Shown one piece after another: positions 28,721-38,454 of a stretch of 53,609 bases of DNA (positions are counted from its first letter, which is position 1; each line of letters opens with the position of its first letter). Made by a program: the position numbers and the translations under genes. Location: the NCBI GenBank assembly GCA_002296225.1, contig DBHR01000046.1, positions 3,291 to 56,899 of the forward strand. Direction: 5' to 3'. The notes under the pieces are model-generated. The model saw only the letters and a program-made list of their open reading frames with translations, was not told where the DNA came from and made no database searches. Source of the DNA: Acidobacteria bacterium UBA823 (GTDB lineage Bacteria > Acidobacteriota > Vicinamibacteria > Vicinamibacterales > UBA823).

Positions 28721-29938
28721 TCAAGCGGCGGGAGTCGGGACCTCAAAGGGAATCGACTCAATAATGGAGAGTCCGTAGCCCTCAAGACCGACGAACTTGC
28801 GAGGATTATTGGTTAGAATACGCATCGACCGAACACCGAGATCACCCAAGATCTGTGCCCCAATGCCGTAATCTCGCTGGTCAGGTCCCACGCCAATCCG
28901 CGTGTTCGCCTCGACCGTGTCGACACCCTCATCTAGGAGTTCGTAGGCCCGAATCTGGTTAGCCAGGGTCATCCCTTGGCTGTCTTGATTGAGATACAAC
29001 AGAACTCCGCGCGTTTCCCGAGCCACTCGAACCAAACTGGCCTGCAGTTGACGCCCGCACATACAGCGGCTCGAATGAAAGACGTCGCCGGTCAAACAGC
29101 GCGTATGAACCCGAACGACGACGTCCTGCCCATCGCCAATCTCGCCGCACACCATCGCCACGTGGGTTTCCTTGCCCACCACGTTCTCGTAAGCAACAAC
29201 GCGGAATTCGCCGAAGTCGGTTGGCAGCATCGCCGAAGCGACCCGTCGCACTAGCCGCTCCGTGCGCATGCGGTATTTGATCAGATCGGCGATCGTGATT
29301 ATGGGTAGGTCGTGCTTCCGTGCAAACTTCGCCAACTCAGGCACCCGTGCCATGGTGCCATTTTCGTTCATGATCTCGCAGATGACGCCCGCTGGGCTTA
29401 ACCCGGCGATCCGTGCAAGATCGACCGCCGCTTCCGTCTGACCAGCGCGCACAAGCACGCCGCCTGGTCGCGCACGCAGTGGAAACATGTGACCAGGCCG
29501 AGCCAAATCCGCGGGACGTGTCTCTGGGTCCATGGCGGCTCGCACCGTGGCCGCGCGGTCGCCTGCTGAAATACCGGTGCTCGTGAATTCCTTCGCTTCG
29601 ATCGACACGCAGAATGCTGTGTCAAAGCGTGCTGTGTTCTGCGGCACCATTAGTGGGATGCCAAGATCATCCAGTCGCTCAGTCGTCATCGGCATGCAAA
29701 CCAGACCTCGGCCGTACCGAGCCATGAAGTTAATGGCCTCCGGAGTAACCTTGTCGGCCGCAATCGTGAGGTCGCCCTCATTTTCACGATCCTCATCGTC
29801 CACAACGATGACCATCAGGCCCGCGCGGATGGCCGCCAAGGCATCATCGACGGACGAAAATATGCCATCAGCTACCGGGGCAGCCTTGTCGATTGGCTTA
29901 AGCCCCTGTGAGCCCCCACGCAACGAATCTTTCGCCAT
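28721..29938 (-). CDS. ribBA: bifunctional DHBP synthase / GTP cyclohydrolase II with a degenerate RibA domain
   Basis: RibB motifs DDEDRENEGDL, TGISAGDR, RPGHMFPL, RAGQTEA, ICEI are intact. The RibA part keeps CLTGD..S.RC.C and TNNPRK, but QEGR is replaced by QDSQ and the C-terminus is truncated. Confidence 0.9.
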   Translation of the reverse strand: MAKDSLRGGSQGLKPIDKAAPVADGIFSSVDDALAAIRAGLMVIVVDDEDRENEGDLTIAADKVTPEAINFMARYGRGLVCMPMTTERLDDLGIPLMVPQNTARFDTAFCVSIEAKEFTSTGISAGDRAATVRAAMDPETRPADLARPGHMFPLRARPGGVLVRAGQTEAAVDLARIAGLSPAGVICEIMNENGTMARVPELAKFARKHDLPIITIADLIKYRMRTERLVRRVASAMLPTDFGEFRVVAYENVVGKETHVAMVCGEIGDGQDVVVRVHTRCLTGDVFHSSRCMCGRQLQASLVRVARETRGVLLYLNQDSQGMTLANQIRAYELLDEGVDTVEANTRIGVGPDQRDYGIGAQILGDLGVRSMRILTNNPRKFVGLEGYGLSIIESIPFEVPTPAA

Positions 29939-29962
29939 GGTCTGCCTCAATGAAACCACCAC

Positions 29963-30565
29963 TCAGGACGAGCCTTGGCGTTCGACTTCCAGGGCGCGTA
30001 CGACGTACTTGCCAAGGATATCGCATTCCAGGTTTACCGCGGCGCCCTCGCGATAGCCGCCGAACGTTGTGTGCTGCCATGTGTACGGAATGATCTGGAC
30101 GTCGAACCTTCGACCACGAAGTTGGGCGACCGTCAGGCTGACACCATCGACCGCGACGGAACCGCGCGGCACTAGATACGCGGCCAGCGAGTCTGGAAAC
30201 GCGATCGTCACTCGGTGACACTCTCCCTCCGGCTGGATCTCCTGAACGCAGCCCGTCGCATCGACGTGGCCCTGGACGAAATGCCCGCCCACAAGAGCGT
30301 CTGCTCGCATAGGCCGCTCAATATTAACCACTTGGCCAGCCGCCAACGCGCCCAGCGTCGTGACGCGGGCTGTTTCGGGCGAGATTTCGACATCGAACCC
30401 ACCGTCGCCGATGCCCGTAACCGTCAGGCAGACGCCATTGGTCGCAACGCTATCTCCAGGCAATAGCTCACCTGCCAGCGCAGCGTCAACGCGCAGCCGA
30501 AACCCCTTGGCCACGGAGGACATCGCCCGAACCGTTCCGGTAGCCTCAATCATTCCGGTAAACAT
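29963..30565 (-). CDS. ribE: riboflavin synthase (alpha chain)
   Basis: MFTGMIE N-terminus, GDSVATNGVCLTV, GGHFVQGHVD, GSVAVDGVSLTV, VNLECD. Confidence 0.96.
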   Translation of the reverse strand: MFTGMIEATGTVRAMSSVAKGFRLRVDAALAGELLPGDSVATNGVCLTVTGIGDGGFDVEISPETARVTTLGALAAGQVVNIERPMRADALVGGHFVQGHVDATGCVQEIQPEGECHRVTIAFPDSLAAYLVPRGSVAVDGVSLTVAQLRGRRFDVQIIPYTWQHTTFGGYREGAAVNLECDILGKYVVRALEVERQGSS

Positions 30566-31637
30566 ATCCGTCCGTGCGTTCGTCTGGTCCAACCATCCGA
30601 ACATCGAGATCTTCGAGCGCCTCGGTCACCGTCGAGCGCGTCTCGAACCACCTCACTCCTTTGTCACCGAACGCCAGCGGCGACACGTAAATTCGAACAC
30701 GATCGACGACCCCGGCACGCCACGCCGCGGCATGCAGAGTCGGGCCACCTTCGAGCAACAGCGACGTCACCCCTTCCGAGCCTAGCATCATCAACGCCGA
30801 CGTCACATCATGCACCTGTGCGGGCAGGAGTCGTGCACCATTGGCCTCAAGCGCCGCGGCCCGATCTGGGGAACCGGCTAACGTCACCTTGGTCGTCACG
30901 ATCACAATCGGCCCGGCATCTCGAGTTCCGAAAATCGCCGCCGTGGGCGGCACCCGCAAACGGGAATCAAAAATGACACGTGTCAACGGCCGTGCGCGAT
31001 GGACTGCCCGAGCGGTTAGTTCAGGATCATCGACGAGCACCGTCTCGGACCCAACGCCAACCGCGTCAAATTCGGCCCGTAGCGAGTGCGAGTCATGGCC
31101 AGCCCGCTCAGCCGTGATGGCACTGCGTACCCCAGGCGCCTCGGCAACGTATCCGTCACGCGTCAAAGCCACCTTCATCATCACGAGTGGGCGACCGCGC
31201 TGTGTATGGATGAAGAACGGTAGATTCATGCGAGTGGCCTCAGCTTCGCGCACCCCCACCGTCACCGCAATCCCATGCTCCCGAAGAAAGCGGATGCCCT
31301 CACCGTGCACCTGCGGGTGGGGATCTTCTACACCGATCACGACACGGGCCACGCCTGCTTTGACGATGCGGTCGACGCACGGCCCCGTTCGTCCGGTGTG
31401 GCAACACGGCTCAAGTGTGCTGAAGAGCGTTGCCCCGCGAGCAGCCACTCCGGCAGACCGCAACGCGTGAATTTCGGCGTGCGGCTCACCAGCGCGACGA
31501 TGGTAGCCGCTGCCAACAACGACGCCATCGGGAGAGACCACGACTGCGCCGACCAACGGATTCGGACTTGTCAAGCCGCGGCCACGGGCGGCCACATGCA
31601 AGGCCCGATCCATGTAGTCGGCATCATCCAGAAGCAC
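30546..31637 (-). CDS. ribD: bifunctional pyrimidine deaminase/reductase
   Basis: TSPNPLVGAV, HAE, LEPCCH.GRT.PC, DDPELTAR, LLLEGGP. Confidence 0.96.
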   Translation of the reverse strand: MLLDDADYMDRALHVAARGRGLTSPNPLVGAVVVSPDGVVVGSGYHRRAGEPHAEIHALRSAGVAARGATLFSTLEPCCHTGRTGPCVDRIVKAGVARVVIGVEDPHPQVHGEGIRFLREHGIAVTVGVREAEATRMNLPFFIHTQRGRPLVMMKVALTRDGYVAEAPGVRSAITAERAGHDSHSLRAEFDAVGVGSETVLVDDPELTARAVHRARPLTRVIFDSRLRVPPTAAIFGTRDAGPIVIVTTKVTLAGSPDRAAALEANGARLLPAQVHDVTSALMMLGSEGVTSLLLEGGPTLHAAAWRAGVVDRVRIYVSPLAFGDKGVRWFETRSTVTEALEDLDVRMVGPDERTDGYVYRND

Positions 31638-31641
31638 CTAC

Positions 31642-31900
31642 TTACCAGCCTTGCTGGAATAGCGTATCGACGTAGTCGACCGCCGCGAACCGCACCAGGT
31701 CGTCGATTCGCTCGCCAACACCGACAAAACAGTCCAATGCCCCAAACTCTCCCACCTCCGTCAACCTCACACCCGCCCTTGCCACCGTGTCTTGCCTCGA
31801 CAATAGCGGGCTTGATGCCGTCGGTTTGCACGGCCTCCGACCCGCGGCCGACACGGCCCCCCGAACGTCGCATTATCAGGACCAGTAACACGTCGGCAGG
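31642..31900 (-). pseudogene. ftsY: frameshifted 3' remnant of SRP receptor FtsY
   Basis: Directly after the gpsA stop one frame gives PADVLLVL (FtsY PHEVLLVLD). After a frameshift the 31854-31642 frame gives LLSRQDTVARAGV-13 aa-FVGVGERIDDLVRFAAVDYVDTLF, collinear with VLTKLDGTAKGGV-13 aa-(F/Y)VGVGE..DDL.PF....FV.ALF. Confidence 0.85.
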
Positions 31901-31901
31901 T

Positions 31902-32909
31902 CTATTTCGTGTCAGCCTCAACCCGCTGGCGTCTAAGCATCAGCGTCTCGACCGCCACCAGGGGAGCCACGCGGCCGGCCATGACTTCGGCCATCTGCCA
32001 GGCAATCGGTAGTTCAACACCGCACTCCTTACCGAGCGCGAGTGCTGCACCCGTAGTCTGCACACCCTCGGCGACCATTTTCATGTCGGCTAGGATGGCG
32101 TCGAGCGAACGTCCCTTACCGAGCTCAACGCCAACTAGTCGGTTACGGCTGCGGTTACCAGTGCAAGTCAACACGAGATCACCGAGTCCACTCAATCCAG
32201 CCAACGTCTGAGGACGGCCGCCGACGGCACACGCCACGCGCGTCATCTCGGCTAAACCCCGCGTGATCAGACCAGCCAAAGCGTTGCACCCGAGACCAAG
32301 CGATTCGACCACCCCTGCCGCGATCGCTATTACATTCTTGAGCGCGCCACCCAGTTCCACGCCAATGACATCGTCGCTCGCGTACAGCCTGAAGTACTTG
32401 GACCGGAACTCATCCTGAACCAGCTTGAGCACGGCTGGCTGAGCCGACGCAACGAGCACCGCCGTGGGGAGTTCGCGCGCTACCTCAACCGCAAAGCTCG
32501 GACCCGACAGCACCGCCACGGAACTTGCGGCCCCCAACTCCTCCTCGATCACCTGTGACATCCGTAACATTGTGTCAGGCTCGAGCCCCTTCGCAGCACT
32601 CACAATCGGCACGCCCGGAGGCAGAAACCCACTCGCTAGCCGGATGACTGCACGGGCACCGTGCGACGGCACCGCTGCGACGACACACGTGGAAGCTTCC
32701 AGCGCTTGTTCCAGTGACGCAGTCGGAAGGACTGACGCTGGCAGCTCCACATCCGGCAAGTACGTGCGGTTCATCCGAAGCTCGGCCATCGAGGCAACGA
32801 GTTGCAAATCTCGCGCCCAAAGCTGCACGTCGTGCCCCACACGGCCAAGTTGGATTGCCAGCGCCGTTCCCCAGCTTCCCGCTCCGAGTACGGTAACCCG
32901 ATGCGCCAT
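31902..32909 (-). CDS. gpsA: NAD(P)H-dependent glycerol-3-phosphate dehydrogenase
   Basis: LGAGSWGTALA, KGLE, LSGPSFA, GGALKNVIAIA, GLSGLGDLVLTC...SRN. Confidence 0.97.
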   Translation of the reverse strand: MAHRVTVLGAGSWGTALAIQLGRVGHDVQLWARDLQLVASMAELRMNRTYLPDVELPASVLPTASLEQALEASTCVVAAVPSHGARAVIRLASGFLPPGVPIVSAAKGLEPDTMLRMSQVIEEELGAASSVAVLSGPSFAVEVARELPTAVLVASAQPAVLKLVQDEFRSKYFRLYASDDVIGVELGGALKNVIAIAAGVVESLGLGCNALAGLITRGLAEMTRVACAVGGRPQTLAGLSGLGDLVLTCTGNRSRNRLVGVELGKGRSLDAILADMKMVAEGVQTTGAALALGKECGVELPIAWQMAEVMAGRVAPLVAVETLMLRRQRVEADTK

Positions 32910-32932
32910 CGTTTTCGAATATCCTCTCGTCG

Positions 32933-33517
32933 TCAGAAACGCCGTTCAGTCCCCACACCTAGCCGAGCCAAATTACTTCGGTGTCGAAAAAGGATTAACG
33001 CCGTTACGGCAGAGGCACCGATCACTGTCGGCGACGGTGCTGACATCAGGTACACCAATGGAACGAGCAGCAACGAGGCCGAGATCGAGCCCATCGAAAC
33101 GTACCGCGTGCGCCAAGCGACCACAAGGAACGTAACGGCGGCCACTGCCGTTGCCGCAGGCGACAACACACCAAAAACACCACCGGCTGTCGCCACGCCC
33201 TTGCCACCATTAAATCTCAGCCACACGGGGTAAACGTGGCCAATGATGGTGGCTATGCCGGCCGCAGCGCGCACATGATCGTCCCCGCCTAGCTTCCCCG
33301 CCAATAATACGATCGCGCAGCCTTTTGCGACATCGAGGGCTATCACGGCCATGCCGACCGAGGGTCGCGTCGACCGGAAAACGTTGGCAGATCCAACGTT
33401 CCCGCTTCCTACGTCACGTACATCGACGCCGGTCAAGCGCCTTGGCACGAGCAAGGCGAAGGGAACTGACCCAACGAGGTAACCGAGCACCATCAGCCAC
33501 ACATCCATCGTCGTCAT
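32933..33517 (-). CDS. plsY: glycerol-3-phosphate acyltransferase PlsY
   Basis: YLVGSVPF, GSGNVGSAN, D.AKG, GH.YPVW..F.GGKGVAT, RH.SN..RL..GTE. The ATG at 33517 overlaps the thpR stop (ATGA). Confidence 0.95.
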   Translation of the reverse strand: MTTMDVWLMVLGYLVGSVPFALLVPRRLTGVDVRDVGSGNVGSANVFRSTRPSVGMAVIALDVAKGCAIVLLAGKLGGDDHVRAAAGIATIIGHVYPVWLRFNGGKGVATAGGVFGVLSPAATAVAAVTFLVVAWRTRYVSMGSISASLLLVPLVYLMSAPSPTVIGASAVTALILFRHRSNLARLGVGTERRF

Positions 33518-34119
33518 GAGGTAATGCCAGCACGCCACGTACCGACCGCTTGCGGCACGTAGGACGGCCCCGACGGCGTCACACGGCTCTCATAGAGGAT
33601 GACATCCGTCGCGCGCCATCGCACAGCCTTCACCTTGACCGCCTCAAGGGCTTCGCGAATCATCCTTCCGCAAGCCGCAGCACGCCGGACCCGTCCGACC
33701 GTAACGTGCGGGACAAATCGCACCTGATTCTCGCCAACGCCGGCTGTGCGTAGTCGCTCGTCGAGTTCCAAGGTCAACGGGTCGAACCCTGACGACCGGT
33801 CGCACACACCTACCCACATCACCCGGGGCGTGCCAGACGGCGGAAACGTACCAGGTGCCGCCAGCTTCAGGTCGAACATTCCAGCCAACCAAGGCCTGAC
33901 CCACGACGTCCGCAGCCGACGCATCACGCCCACCTCCACATCCCCGAGAAATCGAACGGTGACATGAAGGTTCCACGGACGCACCCATGAGACCCTGGCT
34001 CCTCCAGCAGCTACGAGCCGCTCCGCGATCGCCGCGGTCGTTGTCGTCACCGCCCGCCGCACGGTCTCATCAAAGTTGACCGCTGCGAACAGACGAACTG
34101 AAGACGCGCCATCAACCAT
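33514..34119 (-). CDS. thpR: RNA 2',3'-cyclic phosphodiesterase (2H family)
   Basis: RLFAAV and two HxT motifs (NLHVTVRFLG, FVPHVTVGR), LYES. Confidence 0.9.
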   Translation of the reverse strand: MVDGASSVRLFAAVNFDETVRRAVTTTTAAIAERLVAAGGARVSWVRPWNLHVTVRFLGDVEVGVMRRLRTSWVRPWLAGMFDLKLAAPGTFPPSGTPRVMWVGVCDRSSGFDPLTLELDERLRTAGVGENQVRFVPHVTVGRVRRAAACGRMIREALEAVKVKAVRWRATDVILYESRVTPSGPSYVPQAVGTWRAGITS

Positions 34120-35383
34120 GAGCGTCTAGCATTCGGCGGAGCATGTCGAGTGCCGCCTGCGAAGCTTGACGTTTAACGACATCCCGGTCCCCGCTGAACG
34201 TGAAAGTCCTTACCCGCTCGCCCGCGGCTCCGGTCACAGCAACGCACACCGTCCCAACCGGTTTAGCGTCGGTCCCACCGGTAGGGCCCGCAGTTCCGGT
34301 AACGCCGACGCCGATTTCGGCCGCGGCCCGAATTGCCACGCCGGAGGCCATGGCTAGTGCGACCGGCTCGCTAACCGCACCATGCACCTCAATGAGGGAT
34401 GTCGGCACATTCAAAAAATCAGTCTTTGCCGCATTGGCATATGTCACGACGCCTAAATCAAAATACGTCGAGCTACCGGGTATGTCGGTCAGGCGAGACG
34501 CCACAAGCCCGCCCGTGCATGACTCGGCCAGCGCAACACGCCAGCTAAGAGCGCGAAGTCGGTCGCCGACGACCCGCTCGAGCGGAAGACCAACAGTGGT
34601 ATACACGTCACAACCGAGCACCGCGACGAGCTCTTCGACGGCCAGGTCAAGAGCCGCCTCGGCCTCCGGCATGCTGGAGACCCGTGTCGACAGGTGCAAC
34701 TCGACCTGGCCCGGACCCGCCAAGATCGTCGCCTTCACGACCTGGGCACGTTGCCGCCAACGTGCATAAACCGGCTGTACGCGTTCTTCAACATGCGATT
34801 CGGTGGAACCGGCCACCGCGACAACACGACGCGCAAGATGGGACCCCGACGTCAATGGCGCGAGTCGCTCCCGAACGGGCCCATCAACCATAGGTTTTAG
34901 TTCCCGTGGCGGTCCAGGTAATGCAACGACGACCTGCTTCCGCCACTCCACCCAGAGACCAGGCGCCGTCCCGCGGGCGTTTGGGATTAACTCCGCACCA
35001 CGCGGCACAAGCGCCTGCCGGCGGTTGATCCGGGGCATCCCGAGACCGCGGGCCGAAAATCGCTTCTGAATCACCTCGACAATCTCTCGCTGTTCGACGA
35101 GTGGCATGCCAAGGACTTGAGCAAGCACGTCGCGTGTGACGTCGTCGTCGGTCGGCCCCAATCCACCCGTCAGCACCACAAGGTCGGCATCATCGAGACT
35201 GCGCTCAAGCCCTCTAGCTAACCTCTTTCGATCATCGCCAACGATCAATTTACCTCGCACCTCAATCGCCAACTCGTTCAATCGCGCGGTCAAAAACACG
35301 GAGTTTGTGTCCGCACGGTAAGGCGTCAGCAGCTCGCTACCGACAGCGATGATAGCCGCAGTATCGATAACAGTTGCGTTCAT
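34112..35383 (-). CDS. cinA: CinA (molybdopterin-binding-like domain plus NMN deamidase PncC domain)
   Basis: IIAVGSELL, DTNS, TGGLGPTDDDVT, GTAPG, LPGPP.E, AESCTGG, HGAVSE, GP.GG...KPVGTV. An alternative TTG start lies at 35392. Confidence 0.93.
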   Translation of the reverse strand: MNATVIDTAAIIAVGSELLTPYRADTNSVFLTARLNELAIEVRGKLIVGDDRKRLARGLERSLDDADLVVLTGGLGPTDDDVTRDVLAQVLGMPLVEQREIVEVIQKRFSARGLGMPRINRRQALVPRGAELIPNARGTAPGLWVEWRKQVVVALPGPPRELKPMVDGPVRERLAPLTSGSHLARRVVAVAGSTESHVEERVQPVYARWRQRAQVVKATILAGPGQVELHLSTRVSSMPEAEAALDLAVEELVAVLGCDVYTTVGLPLERVVGDRLRALSWRVALAESCTGGLVASRLTDIPGSSTYFDLGVVTYANAAKTDFLNVPTSLIEVHGAVSEPVALAMASGVAIRAAAEIGVGVTGTAGPTGGTDAKPVGTVCVAVTGAAGERVRTFTFSGDRDVVKRQASQAALDMLRRMLDAHG

Positions 35384-35388
35384 GCGCC

Positions 35389-35844
35389 TCAAGAGTTGAG
35401 CAGCCAGATACCACTACGTAACAACGCGTGCGCGTACAGACCGGCTACCACATCGTCGGCCATTACCCCCCACCCGCCAGGCAGCCGTTCACAAGCTCTC
35501 GCGGGGTATGGTTTAACGATGTCGAACGCTCGAAACAGGACAAAGCCGACCAGTATCATGCCTGCGTTGATCGTTAGGAACGAAACGGTCAGCAACATCC
35601 CAACAACCTCATCAATGACGATGATTCCGGGGTCGGTTCGACCAACGTGCCGTTCGGTAACCGATGCCGACCACACGCCAGCAAACATCAACCCGGTGAT
35701 CATAGTGGCTTCACCGAGGGGCGACCCGATCGCGCGGATACCTGCGAACACCCCTAGACCTAGGACGGAACCGATCGTACCAGGCGCCACCGGTACGTAT
35801 CCGCAATAAAGACCAGTCGCAACTGCGACGGCGAGGTGGGTCAC
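35389..35844 (-). CDS. pgpA: phosphatidylglycerophosphatase A
   Basis: PVAPGTIGS, DPG.IVIDEVVG, FRAFDIVKPYP, GGWGVMADD.VAG. Confidence 0.95.
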   Translation of the reverse strand: MTHLAVAVATGLYCGYVPVAPGTIGSVLGLGVFAGIRAIGSPLGEATMITGLMFAGVWSASVTERHVGRTDPGIIVIDEVVGMLLTVSFLTINAGMILVGFVLFRAFDIVKPYPARACERLPGGWGVMADDVVAGLYAHALLRSGIWLLNS

Positions 35845-35952
35845 GATGCGAGACTCCAGGTATCCACGTTCCGCTCGATTCTAGCGGCCGACGAGCCCCC
35901 CGCCCATGGAAGCGCCGCTCCCCCGGAGAGCCTGAACCGTCTACTAGAACCT

Positions 35953-36708
35953 TCAGGATACCTTGACGACACGTGTCTCGGCGAGGCGGTCGTGCAGTGC
36001 ACGCCGATGGCGGTCGCCGAACTGGACGATGAACCCGAGTCCGAGTGGTAGAACGGAGAGTAGAAAGGCCATCGCCCGCAGCACAGCCTTACTCGAACTG
36101 ACTGGTTCGCCGCCAGCACTCACGACCTTAAGCCGACAGGCCATTTTTCCGATGGTCTGTCCGCCAACCGCCGTAAACGCCACGAGGTATCCCCCATCGA
36201 ATAGCAGGAGAAAGCCCGCGATCGGCGCCAGAGGCAACGCCACCCACTCGGACATGGTCAACCCGCACAGTCGAAGCGTGAGCAGCATGACGGCGCCATT
36301 GACGGCACCGAGCAGCATAACGTCAATCAGCCCCGCAAGTATCCGCCCGAGGCTTGGAGCCAGAACAGCCCCTGGCGGATTGCGCGACGCGGTCGGCCAA
36401 CAATCGCTCGATGAGAGCGGGACCGACTGAAGAGTAGCTGGTTCCACACCGACCGCTAGGCGAGTCGCCTGATCCGGAAATAGCGGTAGCTCCACGTCGT
36501 CGACCGATAATACATCGCGCGCCGGGCCAACCGCCGCGCCGCCATCTCGCAAAGTCACATCAACCATCGGACCCAGCGACTCGTTACCCATCCGAACCGG
36601 TAGGTCTGGCTTTATGACCTCACCGGCTGCCACCGCGACATCGTATCCGCAGCCCCCACATTGCTCAGCGACGTCGAACCCGGTGCAGCCACACTTCGGA
36701 CATCTCAT
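35953..36708 (-). CDS. RDD family membrane protein with N-terminal zinc ribbon
   Basis: MRCPKCG...CGGCGY; RILAGLID, GQTIGKM...LKVV, LHDRLAETRVV. Confidence 0.88.
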   Translation of the reverse strand: MRCPKCGCTGFDVAEQCGGCGYDVAVAAGEVIKPDLPVRMGNESLGPMVDVTLRDGGAAVGPARDVLSVDDVELPLFPDQATRLAVGVEPATLQSVPLSSSDCWPTASRNPPGAVLAPSLGRILAGLIDVMLLGAVNGAVMLLTLRLCGLTMSEWVALPLAPIAGFLLLFDGGYLVAFTAVGGQTIGKMACRLKVVSAGGEPVSSSKAVLRAMAFLLSVLPLGLGFIVQFGDRHRRALHDRLAETRVVKVS

Positions 36709-36937
36709 CTCACCGGAAGTTGGGTACAGTTGAGGTTAGGGGGTCGTTGCACAATCACAACCAGGGCGCGCCATCGCAGGTCTTTCTTGCAACCAGTCCT
36801 CAGCCCGACGGCACGACTCTTCAAGTATCAGGACTGCAGATTCGACATCGAGGGAGTGACCCTGCTCGCAAATGGCCCAACCAAGCTTACTGCACCGCTT
36901 CTTCAACACACGGAGAGTTCGCCAAAGCCGATCACCT

Positions 36938-37387
36938 CTACTCCTGGAGATCGCTCAGTTCATCCATGAAGTCTCCGATGTCGCGAAACTGGCGGTACAC
37001 CGAGGCAAAGCGAACATAGGCAACCTTATCAAGGTGCTTGAGTTTCTGCATCACCAACGTGCCGACCTCCTGGGTGGAAATCTCCTTCTCAGGCCGCTCT
37101 TGCAGCGTCGCCTCAACGCGTTCCGCGACGACCTCAAGCTCGGCCACTGGTACGGGACGCTTCTGGCACGCCGCGACCATTCCGGCAAGGACCTTTTGCC
37201 GATCGAATCGTTCACGGCTGCCATCTTTCTTGACCACCATGTAAGGAATTTCGTCGATTCGCTCGTAACTCGTAAAGCGCCGGCCGCAATCCAGGCATTC
37301 ACGCCGGCGGCGGACAGAAGCACCGTCCGCTCGTTCTCGCGAATCAACGACCTTATCCCGTAGATGGCCACAAAATGGGCACTTCAC
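36938..37387 (-). CDS. nrdR: transcriptional repressor NrdR
   Basis: MKCPFC, VVDSR, RRRREC..CG.RFT.YE, ATP-cone [24 protein letters not shown]. Confidence 0.97.
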   Translation of the reverse strand: MKCPFCGHLRDKVVDSRERADGASVRRRRECLDCGRRFTSYERIDEIPYMVVKKDGSRERFDRQKVLAGMVAACQKRPVPVAELEVVAERVEATLQERPEKEISTQEVGTLVMQKLKHLDKVAYVRFASVYRQFRDIGDFMDELSDLQE

Positions 37388-38454
37388 GACGTTCCCCCAT
37401 CGTGTCTCCCACCATTTAGAATCGCCGGCGCCTCCGGCAGCACATCCTTTGAAGCGGCCCGGCGCATCACAGCAATGGTCATGCCTTCGGGGATGAAGAG
37501 TACTAAGCTGACCAGCGCCACGGGTACAAACGATATCGCATGCAACACAATCGCCGCCGCTGCAGCTTTATCAGGCTGCGCCGCGTAGAACGCCGTTAGC
37601 CCGATCTGTAATGCGGCGTGAAAACCACCGACAGCGCCCGGGGTGGGAACGGATACCCCCACAACCAGTAAACCGAGCAGCAGGAACGACCCGGTGAAGG
37701 GTACTGCGAGGCGATATGCCGAGACCGCGGTCCAGACACAGAACGCAACCATAACCCAGTGCACGACCGACAGAACCAGCGCACCCGCCAGCACGACAGG
37801 TTGCCGCACCACCGCGAATCCCGACGAGACCTTCTCGGCAAGCCCATTGACCAGTTCGGCCGCACGCCGTGGCAAGATACGTACTAGAGGCCGTAGGATT
37901 CGGTCGAGCACCTCGGGCCGGCCAGCGATCAGGAACACCAGCCAGACGGCGACCAACGCTCCCACTGCGCTGACTGCCGCCCCGATCTTGACCGCCTCAA
38001 AAACCCGCGGGTCAGCCCGCTCCAAGCCCGGATCAGACAGTGTCAGGAAGCCGCCGAACAATAGTAGAACCGTAACCAAGTCAAGTAACCGCTCAACGAC
38101 GATCGTGGAAAAAGTCGCGGCCGTATTGAATCCCTCTCGCCGTGCTAGCACATAGGGCCTCACCACCTCACCAGGCCTAGCTGGTAGCATCGCCGACAGA
38201 CCGAATCCGATGATCGTTGCCCGAAGCGCATTGCCAAATCTGGCCCTACCAATCGGCCGGAGGAGCATTTGCCAGCGCCACGTGCGCACCACATACAGCG
38301 AGGCGGTCGTTACCAGTGTCAGGAAAAGTAAGCCCGAGTGCCCACCGCGGACCTCACGCCACACCGCTACCAAATCGAGACCGCTGAGGAAAAAAGCCAG
38401 CAGCCCGCAAGAGGCGATGATAATCGCGATAAAACGAAGATATCGGGTCATCAA
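37384..38454 (-). CDS. lysylphosphatidylglycerol synthase TM-domain (flippase-like, UPF0104) protein
   Basis: R.WRW..LL, LPARPGE..RP, T.VVERLLD, PTPGAVG.FH; polytopic. Confidence 0.85.
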   Translation of the reverse strand: MMTRYLRFIAIIIASCGLLAFFLSGLDLVAVWREVRGGHSGLLFLTLVTTASLYVVRTWRWQMLLRPIGRARFGNALRATIIGFGLSAMLPARPGEVVRPYVLARREGFNTAATFSTIVVERLLDLVTVLLLFGGFLTLSDPGLERADPRVFEAVKIGAAVSAVGALVAVWLVFLIAGRPEVLDRILRPLVRILPRRAAELVNGLAEKVSSGFAVVRQPVVLAGALVLSVVHWVMVAFCVWTAVSAYRLAVPFTGSFLLLGLLVVGVSVPTPGAVGGFHAALQIGLTAFYAAQPDKAAAAAIVLHAISFVPVALVSLVLFIPEGMTIAVMRRAASKDVLPEAPAILNGGRHDGGTS

